DNA of 63,307 bases, filler included, from Basidioascus undulatus (lineage: Eukaryota), in the NCBI GenBank assembly GCA_000826855.1. It is 19 parts of 19 records of this genome, joined end to end, with 100 filler letters (N's around TTAATTAATTAA, not from the genome) between each part and the next. Parts side by side here need not be neighbours in the genome. Positions count along the whole stretch, not along the records: positions 1 to 22,734 come from JTLS01000289.1; 18 more parts are not named here. The stretch is one strand, 5' to 3'. Numbering within the stretch: the stretch's first letter is position 1; each line of letters begins with the position of its first letter. The notes beneath the pieces are model-generated. The model had not been told where the DNA came from. It ran no database searches and saw only the letters and a program-made list of their open reading frames with translations. Of the stretch, positions 1-15,588 are shown piece after piece. A program made the translations under genes and the position numbers.

Positions 1-911
1 GTGCTCTTCAGATCTAGAGAAGATGCAGAGAGAATGCGGTGGGGGGGAGGACCAGAAATGAGATGGGTCTGTGAGGGAGTGGGGGGGAGGACGACGGCGA
101 GAGAAGAGAAAAGGGGGGACGACGAGGTGAGTGAAACGGGATGCAGCGCCGGGAAGGGGTGTGTTAACCCAACTCATGACTTCCTTTCTGGAAGATAACT
201 CAACTTGCGGAACTGCTCCTCGAGATTTCATGACATCTTCACATTAATACTTAGGGGTTGATTGTTGGATGAAGCAACTGCCAATGCCACAGTCTCGGAC
301 GTGTGTGCGATGCACGGTGTCTTGTCTGGACTATCTGGAAAGCACGTCCTTCATTGGACTTTGCCCACCTTTACATCTAGTGTGTAATTGAGACTAGATA
401 GAATACCGAGTACCCTGCAGGTGAGGATTTGCTCTCAGGGCCTCGACCAGGGATTCGCCGCACACATTGAGCGCAGTGTGACACCGCCGCTGCACTACAG
501 CACGCGCAGTCACAGCACCTCAATTTCAGATCCACCGGAGTACCAGATGGAAGCCAGGGTATATCAGGCGTTTCCAAGAATCGTAATGCTGTGTAGCCAA
601 GCTGCGCCACTCGTGCCCTGCAGGCCATGTTGATGTTCGCAGCGTCTTTCAACCACCATCACGTTGTTTCTTGCTTGACAGTCTCCAAAGTTGTGTATGT
701 CCTTTCATGAATGTGACGTCTTGTTACAATTTGCAATTTGGTCACGACACCTTTAATACTCACGCCACCACGTGTTATGTGGGACCTTTGTGTTCTGTTT
801 GCAACTTTGCGAACGTTCAAAGGATCAAAGGGCGTCCGCAAGCCTTAACGAGATCAGCTCCCTCTTGAACTCCCTTCTTTCCTTCTCATCTCGTCAGCCT
901 CAAAACTTTCA

Positions 912-2422
912 ATGCGCCCATTTGGATCTGCTTCACAACTCGGCACCAGGCTCAAGCGCCTTGGTCCCAGGCGCCCCCGCGACGTGTATCAGCCACTAGA
1001 CCACGGCCGGACGGCGACCCGAGCGTTTTGCGGAGGTCGAAGAAGAGGAAGATACAGAGGCTTGTTCTGATACCTTGAGGAATGACCAATGTCATCAGCT
1101 CATGTTCAACTGACAAATGGATGCATGGCTTATAGATCTTCGAAGTCTTTCAACTTTGCACTATCCTTACCAGCGTCACCTGCAGCATGACTTTCAATAT
1201 GCGTTTCTCTCTCTTTTCGAATGCTGACTTCCAGTCCTGAAGTCTTTCAAGGCACACGAGACCATGGTCGTTTCGTTTCCTTCAGCAACGACGAGGGTTT
1301 CTGGATGGGCTTGCTTCGGCGCCGACTTCGCTCAGGGTGCTACGTATCGGCGGCAACACCGAGTGGCACGGGCACAAAATGAGCAAGACTGCAGACATCC
1401 TACATCTCGGTATCGTCAAGCTAGCTGATCGGACGGGTGTCGTCATGGCCAAGCGACACAGCAACGACAGCGTCTTCCGCGTGGTGCAGCTTGACAAACT
1501 GGAGACCGACCCCAATCAGCCGGCAGGTTCGGAAGATTAGTGTTGCCGTCAGCTCGGGAATTGATTCTGATCATGCCAAAATTACAGGCATTCTACCTGT
1601 GGGAAACACGACGGGCAAGGTAGTGGACATGCATTCCCTTTAAACGAACCTTGTCGCCATCTGCGAGAAGGGCTTAAGTGCGTTGCCGCACTTCACATAA
1701 TTGACCCAAGTCTGCAATCCTGATAAGTTGCACAGGTCATAGATTGTACGATGCTCCGTGGCGGGAGGGTACCCGACCTCACTTTCAGCAAGTACTGGAG
1801 GAACTCTCCTGTCATTCATGTTTGGGCGAGGCGTATCAAGAAGGGCGCGCGGGCGTTGTTCGAATGGGCGGAAGAGGAGTCCTGCTCGTCTACAAGGATT
1901 TCGGCTTCTTTCTCGACAGGTCCTGGGAGCTTCATTAGGAAGACCATACCCTCATCATCTGCAACTGTGTTAATACTCGCCGCATCCACTGCTACAGCCG
2001 CCTTCAAGACGTCACAGAGTGGAGACGTCCAGCTCAGTCCGCAGCCTGCCATTGGCCATACCTTTTTTTTCTGAATCTGGAGTTCGTCGAGATTCGCCAT
2101 ATGAAGACGTTGAAGCTAGTCCATATTATCGTGGAAACGTGTGTCCTAACTCTCTGCATAATTTCGCCTGATGTGGAAGGCTTGACAAGCCACTGTAGGA
2201 CGTCCGCTGCTCAAGCTCCATCATGACTCCTTTTGCCCCGTCCCCAAACGCGGCGGACCTTTACCTGCTCATGGAAGTTGACTCCCCTCCGAGCGGGGAG
2301 GTACAGGCCATACGAGGCATGTTCTTGTCGAAGCCCTTGTGGGACAGCGACCGTCCCCCGCACGCTGATCCCACCGCTATCCAATCCTCGCCGACGCCCC
2401 GGCCCTATGATGGGGCACCTAA
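912..2422 (+). pseudogene. Degenerate CNH (citron homology) domain gene, copy 1, resembling the Tus1/Rom2-type RhoGEF C-terminus; no DH/PH domain seen
   Basis: Fragments EGFWMG..PTSLRVLRI, LADRTGVVMAKRHSNDSVFRVVQ, VLLVYKDFGFFLDR and CHWPYLFFLNLEFVEIRHMKTLKLVHII occur in CNH motif order, but are separated by frameshifts (e.g. ~1880, ~2130) and an internal deletion. Boundaries are approximate. Confidence 0.75.
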
Positions 2423-3114
2423 AAAGAAGTACATTATGGGGAAAGATATTAGTATTCGCACGCATCATATCTCTGATTCTTTTATCACCTGCTTCGTCTG
2501 CTTGTCCTTGGTCTTTTTGCGCCGCTACTCCAACACGCAACCCTTGTCGATGCATGTCCTTGTAACCTTCCCATAAATTGTTTGATTCAGCTTTAGATTC
2601 TGAACCAGAGCAAAAAGCACTTGATGTCCTGTCGCACAATACAGCTCCTGTTAAACAGATCGCATGGAACGTGTGCCTTTGCTGTACTGCACACCATGCC
2701 AAACAGTCAAGTAAGATTTGTGATGAAGATATAGTCTGGAATCACTGTATCGTACAGCAAGCCGTCCCCCGCTGTGTTCGCAAGTGATAAGGCCGTGTTC
2801 CACCCTCCGCGACGTTATCCCCCCGCAGGCTATGCGGCCTGGTAACGCCAGACGCTGTCCCGAATGATGACCCTTGCATTGGAATATACAGGCGGTATAC
2901 TCCCAAAAACTGTGGGAGTGCTGTCATTTACAAGACTGCACGTTTATTATGTGACCTCCGCGTTCTGTTGCGCCTGGCCGAACGTTCGGAGGGCCAGCTG
3001 CCGGCTCCATGGCCAGTACTGGGTCGAGCTGCTTCTTCCCTACTCATCTTCTCGCCTCTACTTTTACCATGAGCCCACACAAATTTCTTTTGCATCTCGA
3101 AGCCGGGATCAAGA

Positions 3115-4710
3115 ATGTCGGCTCCACCCGACCGCGCGACCTGTATCGGCCGCTGGACTAACCGGCGACCGAGCGCTTTTCGGAGGTCGAAGAGGAGGAG
3201 ACAAAGGCTCGTCTTTCGTCGTTCTTGCCCAGCATTGAGGATTCCAGATCACGTTAAGCTCACATTGCCACGAATTCGGGTAGGTGTTCGAGCTCTCGCT
3301 GTTGCTCAGTCTCGGCCCTTTCAACCACGGTCCCGCCGAGAACGCCGTTCAAGGTCCAGAACGAGTCATTTGCTGCCATGTCCTACGGTGCACAAGATCT
3401 TTCTGTTCTTAGGAAGGAATTTTGACTTAATCTTCTCTTCTCGAAAGCGACTTCCAAGTATCGTCGCCTCGTCGCAGTCGGCTGCGCCGATGGTCTCTGG
3501 ATCGGCTTTCCGGAGGAGCCGACCTCGCTGCGCCATGTGCTGCATCTCTCCGGCATCACGCAGTGCACCGTTCTAGAAGACTGCGGGATCTTCATACTGC
3601 TAGCTAGCAACGTAACCCGTTATCTCCCTCTGGCTTGACCGGCTGCGTTATCTCACGTTGGAACGACCAACCGAGCAGATATCCATCGCCTGCTCGATTG
3701 AAGGGCCCGTACCCTCCTCTACGCCATCTCAAGCTTCCGACGGCCTTGTGGGTAGGGGGATGAGCGTGACGGCGTACATCCAGTACGTTTCAAAAGAAAG
3801 TGTATCGACAGCGTGTTCCGCGTGGTGGAGCTTGTCGAGGCGGAGACCGACCCCGATCAGCCGGGAGGGCTCAAAAGATTTCCGATAGAAGAGTTTCAGC
3901 GTGTGAGTGCAATGTTCTCCCTTCTCGCCCTGCAGTGGAGACAATCCTAAATGTGTGTGCAGCATGTGGGCACGCTCTACACTATGCCTCTCCGAAGTCT
4001 TCTGACCTGCCAGATCTTACAGGAGATCGTGGACTATGCGACGCTGCACGGCGGGAAGGTTCCCGACTTCAAGCGCTCGAAGAATTCGAGGGACCCTTTT
4101 TTTTTTTGGCGCCCTTCAAAGGAGGTGTAATCGCGAGGGTGCGCTGGCCGTGTTCGAGTCTGGGGAGAAGGAGTTCTTGCTCGTTTACGAGGAGCTCGGT
4201 TTCTTTTCAGTAGGCAGATCATACATACCTCCTTTGTAATCATGCTCACTTTCACGACGGTCACCTCTACAGACCTCTTCAGGACGTGACCGACTGGAGA
4301 CGTCGGGCTGAATCCGCAGTCTGCCACTTGCCGTACCTCTTGCTCTTCAACCCCGATTTCCTCGAGGTTCATCACGTGCGGACGTTCAAGCTGGTCGAAA
4401 TTATCCGCGGAAATGTTCGCCATTTTCTGTCTATACTTTTTCTGCAGCAGAAGGCTTGACTGCGGGAAACGGCTCAGACATCCGCTGCTCGAGCTCCGTC
4501 GCGTCTCCTTTTGCACCGCCAACGAATGCAGGTGACCTACTCGAGTCCAGAGTGCATCTCGTCATGCAGGCAGATTCAGAGCCGAGCCGCGAGGGTGAGG
4601 CCGCGCAAGGCATCTTCGAGTTGAAGCCGCTCTGGACTGGCGTCGACACCGCGCACGCTGCTCCCAGCGCGATCCCGTCCTCACCTAGGTCCGCTCTCTT
4701 CGATGGTTGA
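3115..4710 (+). pseudogene. Degenerate CNH domain gene, copy 2 (tandem paralog of copy 1)
   Basis: YRRLVAVGCADGLWIGFPEEPTSLRHVLHLSGITQCTVLEDCGIFILLA (~3459-3610), DSVFRVVEL, ALAVFESGEKEFLLVYEELGFF, CHLPYLLLFNPDFLEVHHVRTFKLVEIIRGNVR, HLVMQ..QGIFELKP. Frameshift near 3800. DNA similarity to 1011-2400 at an offset of about 2.15-2.35 kb. Confidence 0.8.
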
Positions 4711-5581
4711 CTAGGCAAAAAGGGATACACTCGGTACCGACAAAAAATGTTAGTCCCCGCACGCCTGTTCTTCTCGATTTTCGAAACACTTGTTCCCTTT
4801 GCTCGCAGCATCCTTTCACACCCCTACCTCCGCACGCCTTCTTGCTTCTCTGCTAATTGTTCACTATCTTGTTTGCCCTCTCGAGTCTTGTCTTTCATCA
4901 TGAACGTTTCCACGCTGCAACCTAAACTCCAAGCGCTTGATGCTGTCGCTCAAGGCAGCTGCCTCTGAACAACTCGCGTGCATGCATGGGAAACATGTTC
5001 GCCTGTGCAGTGTTATCTACCGTGTCAGAACAATGGAGGTTGTAGACGGTTTATTTGTGGGTCTATAAAGGGCAGGGAACATTCTGGTCAGGCTAAGGAG
5101 ACGAGGACTTGCTGCTAACCGGGCTTTCGCTGCCGACTGGCTGCTAAGAAGGAGGTCCAAGTCTTGAGTGTGTTCCGCCGGACCAACTGTTGGGGGCTTC
5201 AGTTTCATTTGCCCTGTAAAAACTCTTTTGTTTCGGTTCACGATGTGCTCCCAGTGCGTTGTCAACCGCGGAACAGTACCGGCTCTGTGCCATCAATTGC
5301 GCCCATAGGAAGCTGACTCGGAAAGGCCAATGAAGAGCAATCGGCGGCCTTCTTCCATATTCTCACATAGACAATTTTCTGTAATAAACCTGTCCCTCTT
5401 CTTTACAAAATCCACGATACACTGGCCTGGCACAAGTCTGGCAGCATTGCACACAGGCTATCGGCGTTATGGAATTCTGTGCACGACGCGTGCCAATTGA
5501 GCTCGCCTTTGACGCGTCGCGAACCTCCATTCCCCCTTCCTCAACGACCCTGCCCTCCTCGCCCGCATCTCGCCGTACACC

Positions 5582-7573
<1,992 letters not shown>

Positions 7574-7733
7574 GCGCCGTGCTGAGCTGTGCTGTGCTAT
7601 AATGTATATCCTGAAATCTTGCTACTTTCCGGCTGCACGTGCTCTTGCGGGGGTATCGTTTGTGTATTCGCGAGAAAGCCAAGGGGAACGACAAGAAACG
7701 GGTGTGTGGCGGGGTGAGGCGAACGAAGGTGAA

Positions 7734-8160
7734 TCAGAAAAAGAATCGGATGAGCTCGAAGATGACTGTGGACGACAAGGATGAATTAGCACCTCTCAAA
7801 CCAGGTCGCAAGCATGTGTGGAGAGGTACGCACTGCCGCCGCCCAGCAAGAACAGAAACAGCCCGACCAACCAGCCAGGGACCGCCGGCTAACCCACACC
7901 CACCCACAACCGTATCAGCTTCCATCGTCCCAAGCTCTTCCTCCGTTCCCATACACCATCCACCACGGAAGATGCCTCACCTCCTTCAGTTTCCGCTGGG
8001 TCGCGCTGGCGTTCACGGGGCTCACGCCAGGCTGCTTGCGCGTCTTGTTCGCGAACGCGGCGTTCCTGCGGCGGATGTCGGCTTCGGAAGGCTGTTTGAA
8101 GGTATCATATCGGTTAGCAGGCGCTGTAGGCTGGGAATATGAGCAGACGATGCGGACCAT
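7734..8160 (-). CDS. RAMP4/SERP1 (Ysy6-like) small tail-anchored ER membrane protein, 4 exons
   Basis: Spliced product MPSEADIRRRNAAFANKTRKQPGVSPVNASATQRKLKEPAVPGWLVGLFLFLLGGGIIFELIRFFF*. Basic N-terminus plus a C-terminal TM segment ending GGxIFELIR. The first coding exon is the ATG alone. Confidence 0.85.
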
Positions 8161-8555
8161 GATTGCGATGGGAGAGGTTGCAGCGAAGGTCGGTCGCGTG
8201 TCACACGCGTGGGTCGGACACGTCGAGGTTAGTTTAGCTCAGTTCATTGGCAAAGAGAAGGCATGCATTGCGTGCTGAAAGTCCTGAAGTCGCCTTCCAT
8301 GGCATTCCTTGGCAGTTTGTCCATCTTAGAAATATATTGATCATGTAGAGGTAGCCACCCGGAGCGTGCGTTCCCATATGCCGAGGTTGTGCTTAGTTGT
8401 TGCCGACCTGCTTCCCATCCTCGGTTCACACGTTGTATCATCTTCAAATGCCGTGAATAGGAAGTACGAATAATGCTGTGGAATTACAACTGTTACAAAG
8501 TATGGAAATGAACGTGATGATCGATCCGAAACGACTACGACAGCGGTCGGGCCCA

Positions 8556-11500
8556 CTACCACTCCCCGCCACTGTCCGCATTGAGCGACGTACGCATGCG
8601 CTTCTTCTGCCCCATCAGCTGCGTGCCTGCGGGTGATATGATCAGGCGTCAGCGTTTCAATTCAAGAAGGAGCAATCAGAGTCGAGGTCAAAGGCGTACG
8701 CTTGCGGGAAATGTCGGTCGTGTGCATCCAGCCGTCGGGGAAGAGCTTGGAGAGCTGCATACGAACCTCGCGTCAGTATGCCGCGCGGCGAAGCAGAGGA
8801 AGTAACGGACGTACCCGAGCATATACCAGACTCCGCTGTGCTTGCTCCTTATGCTGGGGCACCGGAGCCTTGTCCAGCTCCCTGCAATCGCCCGCCCACA
8901 GATGAGCGCCAGTCCGTCTTACAGATTGAGAACCACTCACGCCTTGTCGCAATCCAGCCTGTAAATCTCCTCCTGCAGATCGGTCATGCCGAGCATTGCG
9001 ACGTTCTGCTTCTCCGTCCACCTCCAGCGCTTCCGCGGCGGCTCGTCCACCTTGGGTTTCAGCGGCGCGGGAGGCGCGGCGGGATCTTCCGGATTAGGCG
9101 TGCCGTTCGCCGACGAGGTAGGTCCGTTGGACTGCCAGAAGCGTTCGTAAGTACAAATCGATAACGGAAGGACGGTAAATAGAGAACTCACCTGCGCGTC
9201 GGACGTGCCCTCCCCGCCCTCAGCCTTCCTCTGCACCTGCTGCGCCTCTGCACTCAAAGCGATGCGTCACTGAACTGAAGGCTTCCGTAAACGCGGGAAG
9301 CTGATACGCACCCCATGCCGCGTACTGCGCCTCCCAAGCTGCAATCTGCTCCGGCGCCTCGCGATCCACCTCCTCCTTGAACGTCTGGTAGCAGATCTCG
9401 AGGCGCGCCTGAAGGAAGTCGCGGTGGTGTTGGTACATCATGTTCTTTGTGAGTTTCTGCGCGTCCGATTGTGTCAACAACTGCGCGCTGGCGCGGATGA
9501 ACTTGTTAGACAGCTCACCAGCATTGTAAAGCTGCAAAGCGATGACGTGAGCCAGGGCTGCGTTTACACTAGCTTACTCAACGAAAGCGTACCGGTTATA
9601 CGGGAAGATGCGCGGGAGATAGTTGAAGAAGTTGTCGCCGTACTCGTCGTGTTCGAGCGCCAGCTTGGCCGTGTCGAGCAAGGGCTGCCGGAGCCCGGGA
9701 GGGAACTTCGCCTTGATCTCGAAGGACTCTGCAATGTAAAGGGGTGTACCCGCCGTGAGACTATGCTGGAGACGCCCCAAGTCAATTGCGCAACTCACCC
9801 TTTTGCACGAGTTCGGCCAGACAGTCGAGCGCATGCTGAACAGTCGGCGAGAAGGGCACCTGTGCGACGGTAGTAGTCAGCGTGTATTCGAAGAGGTCTA
9901 GCCAATGACACAGACGTACAACCGGGTAGTCCTTCTTCTTCTTTCCATCCAAGCTCGGCGTGCCACCGCTTGCGCTCGCGGGGCTGGGCTCGACCTTCGC
10001 CGGCGTGCCAGTCGCGCCTTCAAGCTGCTTGCCCTCCTCGCTCCCCGGCGTCGACAAGCCAGCGGCGACGGCGGGGTTGAGAACGTCTGCGACGGCGCCA
10101 GCCCCGGGGAGCGTCGGCGAGGCGGTTTCTGGGGCTGGCGGTGGCTTGGGGAAGAGCGACGAAGTGGGCGGAAGGGGTTGCAGGTATGCGCGCTTGCGCG
10201 GCTTGGTGGTCACATGGTGGTTTGCGCCCGCGGTGGCGAAGAGGGGTCGAGTGGAGTAGGGGAGCGCGAGCGGGTTCTTCTTGGGCTTCTTGGGTGTAGG
10301 CCTGCAGTTCGAACAGCCGAAGTGAGAATGCGTTCCGAGAGAGGAAAGAAAGGAATGTTCGCACATGGGCATGAGCTCGACATCGCCGAGAGAGACGTAG
10401 AACCCCTCCTGTCGTGGGCGTCCAGCAAACTGCGGCTCGTCGACGTAAAGCTCCGAGTCGTCGACGAAGGGGTCGTCGACGTCGTACGCGTCTTCCTCGA
10501 CTGGCCTGCCCCGTTTGCGCTGTAGTTCGGAAAAATGAGCATACTGCACAGTGCGTGGATACTACACTTGGAAAGCGCACCTTCACGGGCATCACCGGCG
10601 CATCGTCCTCGCTATCGCTCTGGACCACGGGCGGCGGTGGGGGCGCCGCAGGCTCCGAGCCCGGCGGGAGCGGCTCGACGAGCCCGAGCTTGCGCCCGAC
10701 ATCCATCACGCTGTACATGTAATCTTCTCCGCCGAGAGGGATCGTCAGACGCAGCGTCTTCAGCGGCGGTTCGATCGGACGGGGAGGCGGGGAGGGCGAG
10801 CGCTGCTGTCGCTTCTGGCGCGGTTTCTTCGCGGGAGCGGTCGAGCCGGAGTCGGAGTGCTGACGATGTGGCAAAAAAAAAAAATTAGATATATTCGCGA
10901 GTAAGGGGTGAACAATTTGCAGAACGCACGGAAACTGGATCATCATGCTTCTCGGCGCCATGCTTCTCGGCCCCGGAGAAGGAAGCGGTCGAGAGCGGCT
11001 TGGACGAGAATGGAGAGGGGAGTATGGGGGCTGGAGGGGCAGATAGGGATAGATGGTTGGGAGTGTCGGTGGTGGACTGAGCAGCGGGCTCAGCGCTGGT
11101 CGCAGGCACAGCGGGAGGCGCAGGCGGCGGCGCATCGCTGTTGGCGGTCGGTACGCCTTTCTCGACAGGCGGGACGGGGTCGGGGATGGCGACGCCGTTC
11201 TCGTGCTCGCCGTTGGTAATTGGCTCAGCGTCCTGTTGATGTTCATCTTTGACGGTCGCCTCGACTTGAGCTGCCTCAGCAATCTCGGTCGCGCTCGAAG
11301 CCGAAGGCGAGCGCGGGCCTTCGACGGCAGAAGTCGCGCGCGTCGCGTCCTCGCCCTGCACTTGCTCCTCCTCCTCCTCCTTCTCCTCCTTCTCCGGCGA
11401 GCCTGCTTTCTCGCCGGAACCGCTCTTCTCGGGGTCCATCTGATCGTCAGTCCCATGAGATTCGTACGCCGACGGGCGCCGGATCACGATTTCCGAGTTC

Positions 11501-11577
11501 GAAGAATCCGAGAGCTCGATGGGTGGCGCCTTGGACGGCGAGCGCGAGCCGGACGACCTCCTGGTCTGTGGCACCAT
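8556..11577 (-). CDS. HPC2: HPC2/ubinuclein (HIR histone chaperone complex subunit), multi-exon
   Basis: HUN domain EDAYDVDDPFVDDSELYVDEPQFAGRPRQEGFYVSLGDVEL (~10380-10500). Downstream ubinuclein-middle-like segments (FFNYLPRIFPYNR, KRWRWTE, QLSKLFPDGWM). Acidic/Pro-rich N-terminus from ATG 11577. Confidence 0.85.
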
Positions 11578-13034
11578 GGCTAGCTTGAGCGAGAACGAGA
11601 GGTCGGAAAAGATCCGTAAAATGGGCACGGCTGGATAATTCGAAATGCGATGCACAGATGTGAGGCGAATAATGCGTAGGCGGGGCTGTAGAATGCGAGA
11701 GGTTGCGACGGTGGATGCCGTTGAGGTGTGGTTGAGGTGCGAAAGAGGGGGATTTGACGAGCCAGCTCAGCAGGCCGAGCTGCTTAAGCTGTATAGACCG
11801 AGTCTGTCGGTGTGTAATTTACCAAGCCAGCCAAAGCCCCGCCGATTCGGCAAAGGACGCAAATACGTTGCGCGTGTCGATTCAACTGAGGTACAACGCT
11901 GTCGAGTTTGTGCGTTGCTGAGCTGGCTGATCCCTTTTGTCACGCTGATTTTTGGGAAACCTTAGATGCGCCTGATAGGCTTCCAGATGACCTATAACGT
12001 TCGTGTGACTTGTATCCAAAGTTGTCAGAAACTGCGAGGAATACGCAGCGTCGCAATCAGGCCAGCTCAAAGCTCAAACAAACCGGGGTGACCTGTCTCA
12101 GCCAGTAACAACTGGATGTTTGAAAAGTTTTATTTTGTCGTTTTATTCCACCAGGCTCCGCTATAACTTCGACAAGTGTCAAACCCACGTCCCGAGACGT
12201 TGTCACAGGGTGTTGTTTCACCTTTGGCCCCGTATGACTGCGAAGATGTAGACTCAAGAGAAAGCATCAGGAGTAGGAAGCGGTCAGACTCAATTTTCAC
12301 TGGCTTGAGTATTCAAGCAGCTGAGTCTCCGGAAGACTGGAAAGTAGTAGCTGGGAATGACGAGTTGGATTTCAAAACCTCTTGGAAAGCTCTGGCATGC
12401 AGAGTAACAACAGTACGGAGACTTTGATTTCCTCACGTAACAAAGCGAACGGAATTTTAGGCTAGATGTCGTTACCTACTTCAAATAGGATCGGAACACC
12501 GGCGTCTGCGTATTCATCACCTTCCAGTCAGCACACATAATAGCATGCATTGGCTGCATACCTTGAGCATTGGAAAGGACAATTCCCAAGCTTCCGAATT
12601 CAATTTCCCACAGAGTCGGTTGAAGTACTATACTTAGGCTCTTCCCATTCTATCCAAACTTTTAGGTCTGATGCAGAATTGCTTATTTGAAAAGCTCGGA
12701 CACCACTGGCCCGGCGCAGCAACAGCAGCGGCCCCCGTCGCACCGCGCGCGCCGCGAGGCTCGCTGACAAAGTCGTTCTCTTGCATGTATGGTCGCCTAC
12801 AACTCAGGACTTATACATTCCTCCACAGTACCGCATGTACGATATTCGAGACCATTCAATTAGGGCGGAGGAGCTTCCCTGCTTGGAGTCAGACGACTAG
12901 CTCGTGCTTTTCTCCACGGCGGCCGTGCGGGCACCCAGCTGCGCTGGCTGCTGGTATAGAAAGTCCTCGCAGACTCCTGTTCTGCAGCCACATCTTTCAG
13001 CTGCTGCCTCACGCACCGATATAGTGCAACCAAA

Positions 13035-15588
13035 ATGTCACCACCCTTTCCCGATCGCCGTTTCTACAAGGCTTTGAGGCGCCATGCCGGTGGGTGGGAC
13101 GCTTGTGTTCCTTCTCGCGGCAAAATTAAGTAACGACATTGCCTTTGCAGCTTCGAAGGGGAGGTGTTCGACCTTGTCGTATACGGAAAGATACCTGAGA
13201 GCATCGTGAGCCTATCTCTAGTGAAGGTGTACTATCAGCTGAGTGCAGTCGCTCATTATCTGTGTGCTGGCAGGACGGCACTTTCTATCGCGTGATGCCA
13301 GACCCGCATGTACGCCGTTTAGAACGTACACTACGAGAAATAACTCACTGATGGGTATTTCCTCAGATCCCTTACAAGTTCCCTGACGACGCTCCGCTCA
13401 ACGGCGACGGCTCCATCTCGGCTTTCCGGATCAGTGACGGTCACGTTGACTTCAAGCAGCGCTACGTCCGCACTCCACGTTTCCTTGCCGAGCGGTAAGC
13501 AGTACCTGAACGTCGTAAAACTGTCTGAATTGACTCACTTTTGTCCCAGATCTGCCCGTAAGGCTCTTTTCGGCCGCTATCGGAACCGCTTCACGGGCGA
13601 GCCGGAGGTTCGCGAGTACTTTGATTTGTTGAAAAGCTGCCTGCTTTGCTTGCATACTTAAATTTCTTGGAAGTTTCATCCAGGGAACGGCCAACACGAA
13701 CGTCATGTACTTCGCGGGCAAGCTTCTCGCTCTCAAGGAGGATAGCCTTCCTTACGCCATGGACCCGGACACCCTCGAAACACTCGGCGTCGAGACGTTT
13801 GACGGTCAGCTGAAGAGTCTGACGTTCACGGCCCACCCGAAGGTATGAGGCTTCTCTGAACCTGAACAAGCTTTGCGCTGACAGGTGTCCTGAAGATCGA
13901 CCACAAGACGGGGGAGATGATCGCTTTCGGATACCAGGCCAAGGGGGACGCGACCACCGACATCTGCTACATGCGACTCGACAAAGAGCGAAAGATCACG
14001 GAAGAAACCTGGCTTGGTGACTCTTTGTTCAAATTTAACACTCTCTTCCCTCATTGACTTATGCCTTCCAACAGACGCCCCCTACTCGGGCATGATGTCG
14101 GTGTATCTCATTGCAAGCGCTGATGAAGACTGAAGTCACTGATGTTCACCTTCACTTTCAGTCACGACTTTGCTGTCACAGAGTAGGTCCAGTCCCACAA
14201 GTCTAAGAGTGGCTCGCTGAAATCCCAAGGTATCACAGGAACTGGATCATCTATCAACTCCTCCCGCTTGTCGCCGATCGCGAGCGTATCCTCAAGGGCG
14301 GCCTGTACTACCAATGGGTAAGCGGTCCAGTCCATCTATTTCAGATATTAACCCCACGAGTTTTGAATTTGCGCTTTTTTCCTTGGTTCGACCTTCAGGA
14401 TAATAGCAAGCCTGCCTATTTCGGAGTCCATCCTCGCAACGGCGGCAATGGCGAGCAGAGCCGGGTATGTCCTCGTAACACACTTTCAGGATAGCTGATA
14501 ACTTACATCCAGGCGTGACATTGGATACCGTACCGGAACTCTTTCCCCGGCCACGTCGCAAACGCTTTTGAGACGCCAGACGGTCGAGTGCATCTGGACT
14601 GCGCTGTGACGCACGGAAACGTCTTCCCGTAAGAATAAGCACATTTCCTGCCAATGTCCCAGGAATTCAGGCTTGATTTGACATTCTCAAACATCAGGTT
14701 CTTCCCCGACGTCAATGGACCCGCACCCCCTGCAGACCTCGAGTCTTATTTCGGCCGCTTCTCGTTCGATCCGCGCGCCACCGAGCAGCTCAAGGAGCCC
14801 GACTTGATCGCAGACCTCGTGTGCGAGTTCCCCAAGTCGGACGACCGTTTCGCTATGCGGCACTACACGAAATCCTGGGTAGCTTGTCGGGATTTCACCA
14901 AGCCGCCGCCCGAAAGCTATGGGCTCGGTGCCGGACCCGCCGCTTTCAACGCGTTTGCAATGATCAAGCTGAACGAGTCCGAGTTGGGAAGGTGGGAACA
15001 TGTTGTGTGGTGGGCCGGTCCGGCATCGACGGTGCAGGAGCCGGTCTTCATTCCTCGAAGCCAGGACGCAGCGGAGGGTGATGGGTGATTTGTGACATTT
15101 TACTTCCTTCAAGGCAGATAACCAGGCCTTTCTGACCGAGTTTCTGTTCAGACACCTGATGGGACTTGTAAATCGCCTGGACAAAGGCACTAACGATCTC
15201 GTCATCCTGGACACTGTGAGTAGATTCTCCATTTCTTCCCTGCGATCGCCACTCACTTCTGTGCACATCACGCACAGGCCGACTTTTCCGCCGGGCCCAT
15301 CGCCATCATTAGCCTTCCTGTTCGGCTCAGGTGAAGCCCCCTTGTTGACTTCCATGTGTCATGTGCTAATAACACTGCGCCCGTTGTAGAACTGGATTGC
15401 ACGGCAACTGGGTACCTGCGTCCGGTTTCAACGAGTGCGTACCCGTCACAGTGACCATGAACGGATACTTACATACCGGAGGACGCAGGTCTCGCCCGCT
15501 GTGCGACATGACAGGCGTACCAGCGGTTGTGAAAGGAGCTTTCGCTGAGCCGACCAAGGACGGGTTGGTGAAGGACGTTTCCCGCTGA
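13035..15588 (+). pseudogene. Carotenoid cleavage oxygenase family (RPE65 fold), lignostilbene/resveratrol dioxygenase-like, with two apparent lesions
   Basis: Exons give GFEAPCRFEGEV..DGTFYRVMPDPH..NGDGSISAFRISDGHVDFKQRYVRT..TANTNV..TFTAHPK..MIHDFAVTENW..FPGHVANAFE..EFPKSDDRF..QEPVFIPRS..GLHGNWV, with all four Fe-binding His present. There is a 1-nt frameshift after FPD (~13056) and either an in-frame TGA (14516-14518) or a mutated acceptor at 14521. Confidence 0.85.
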
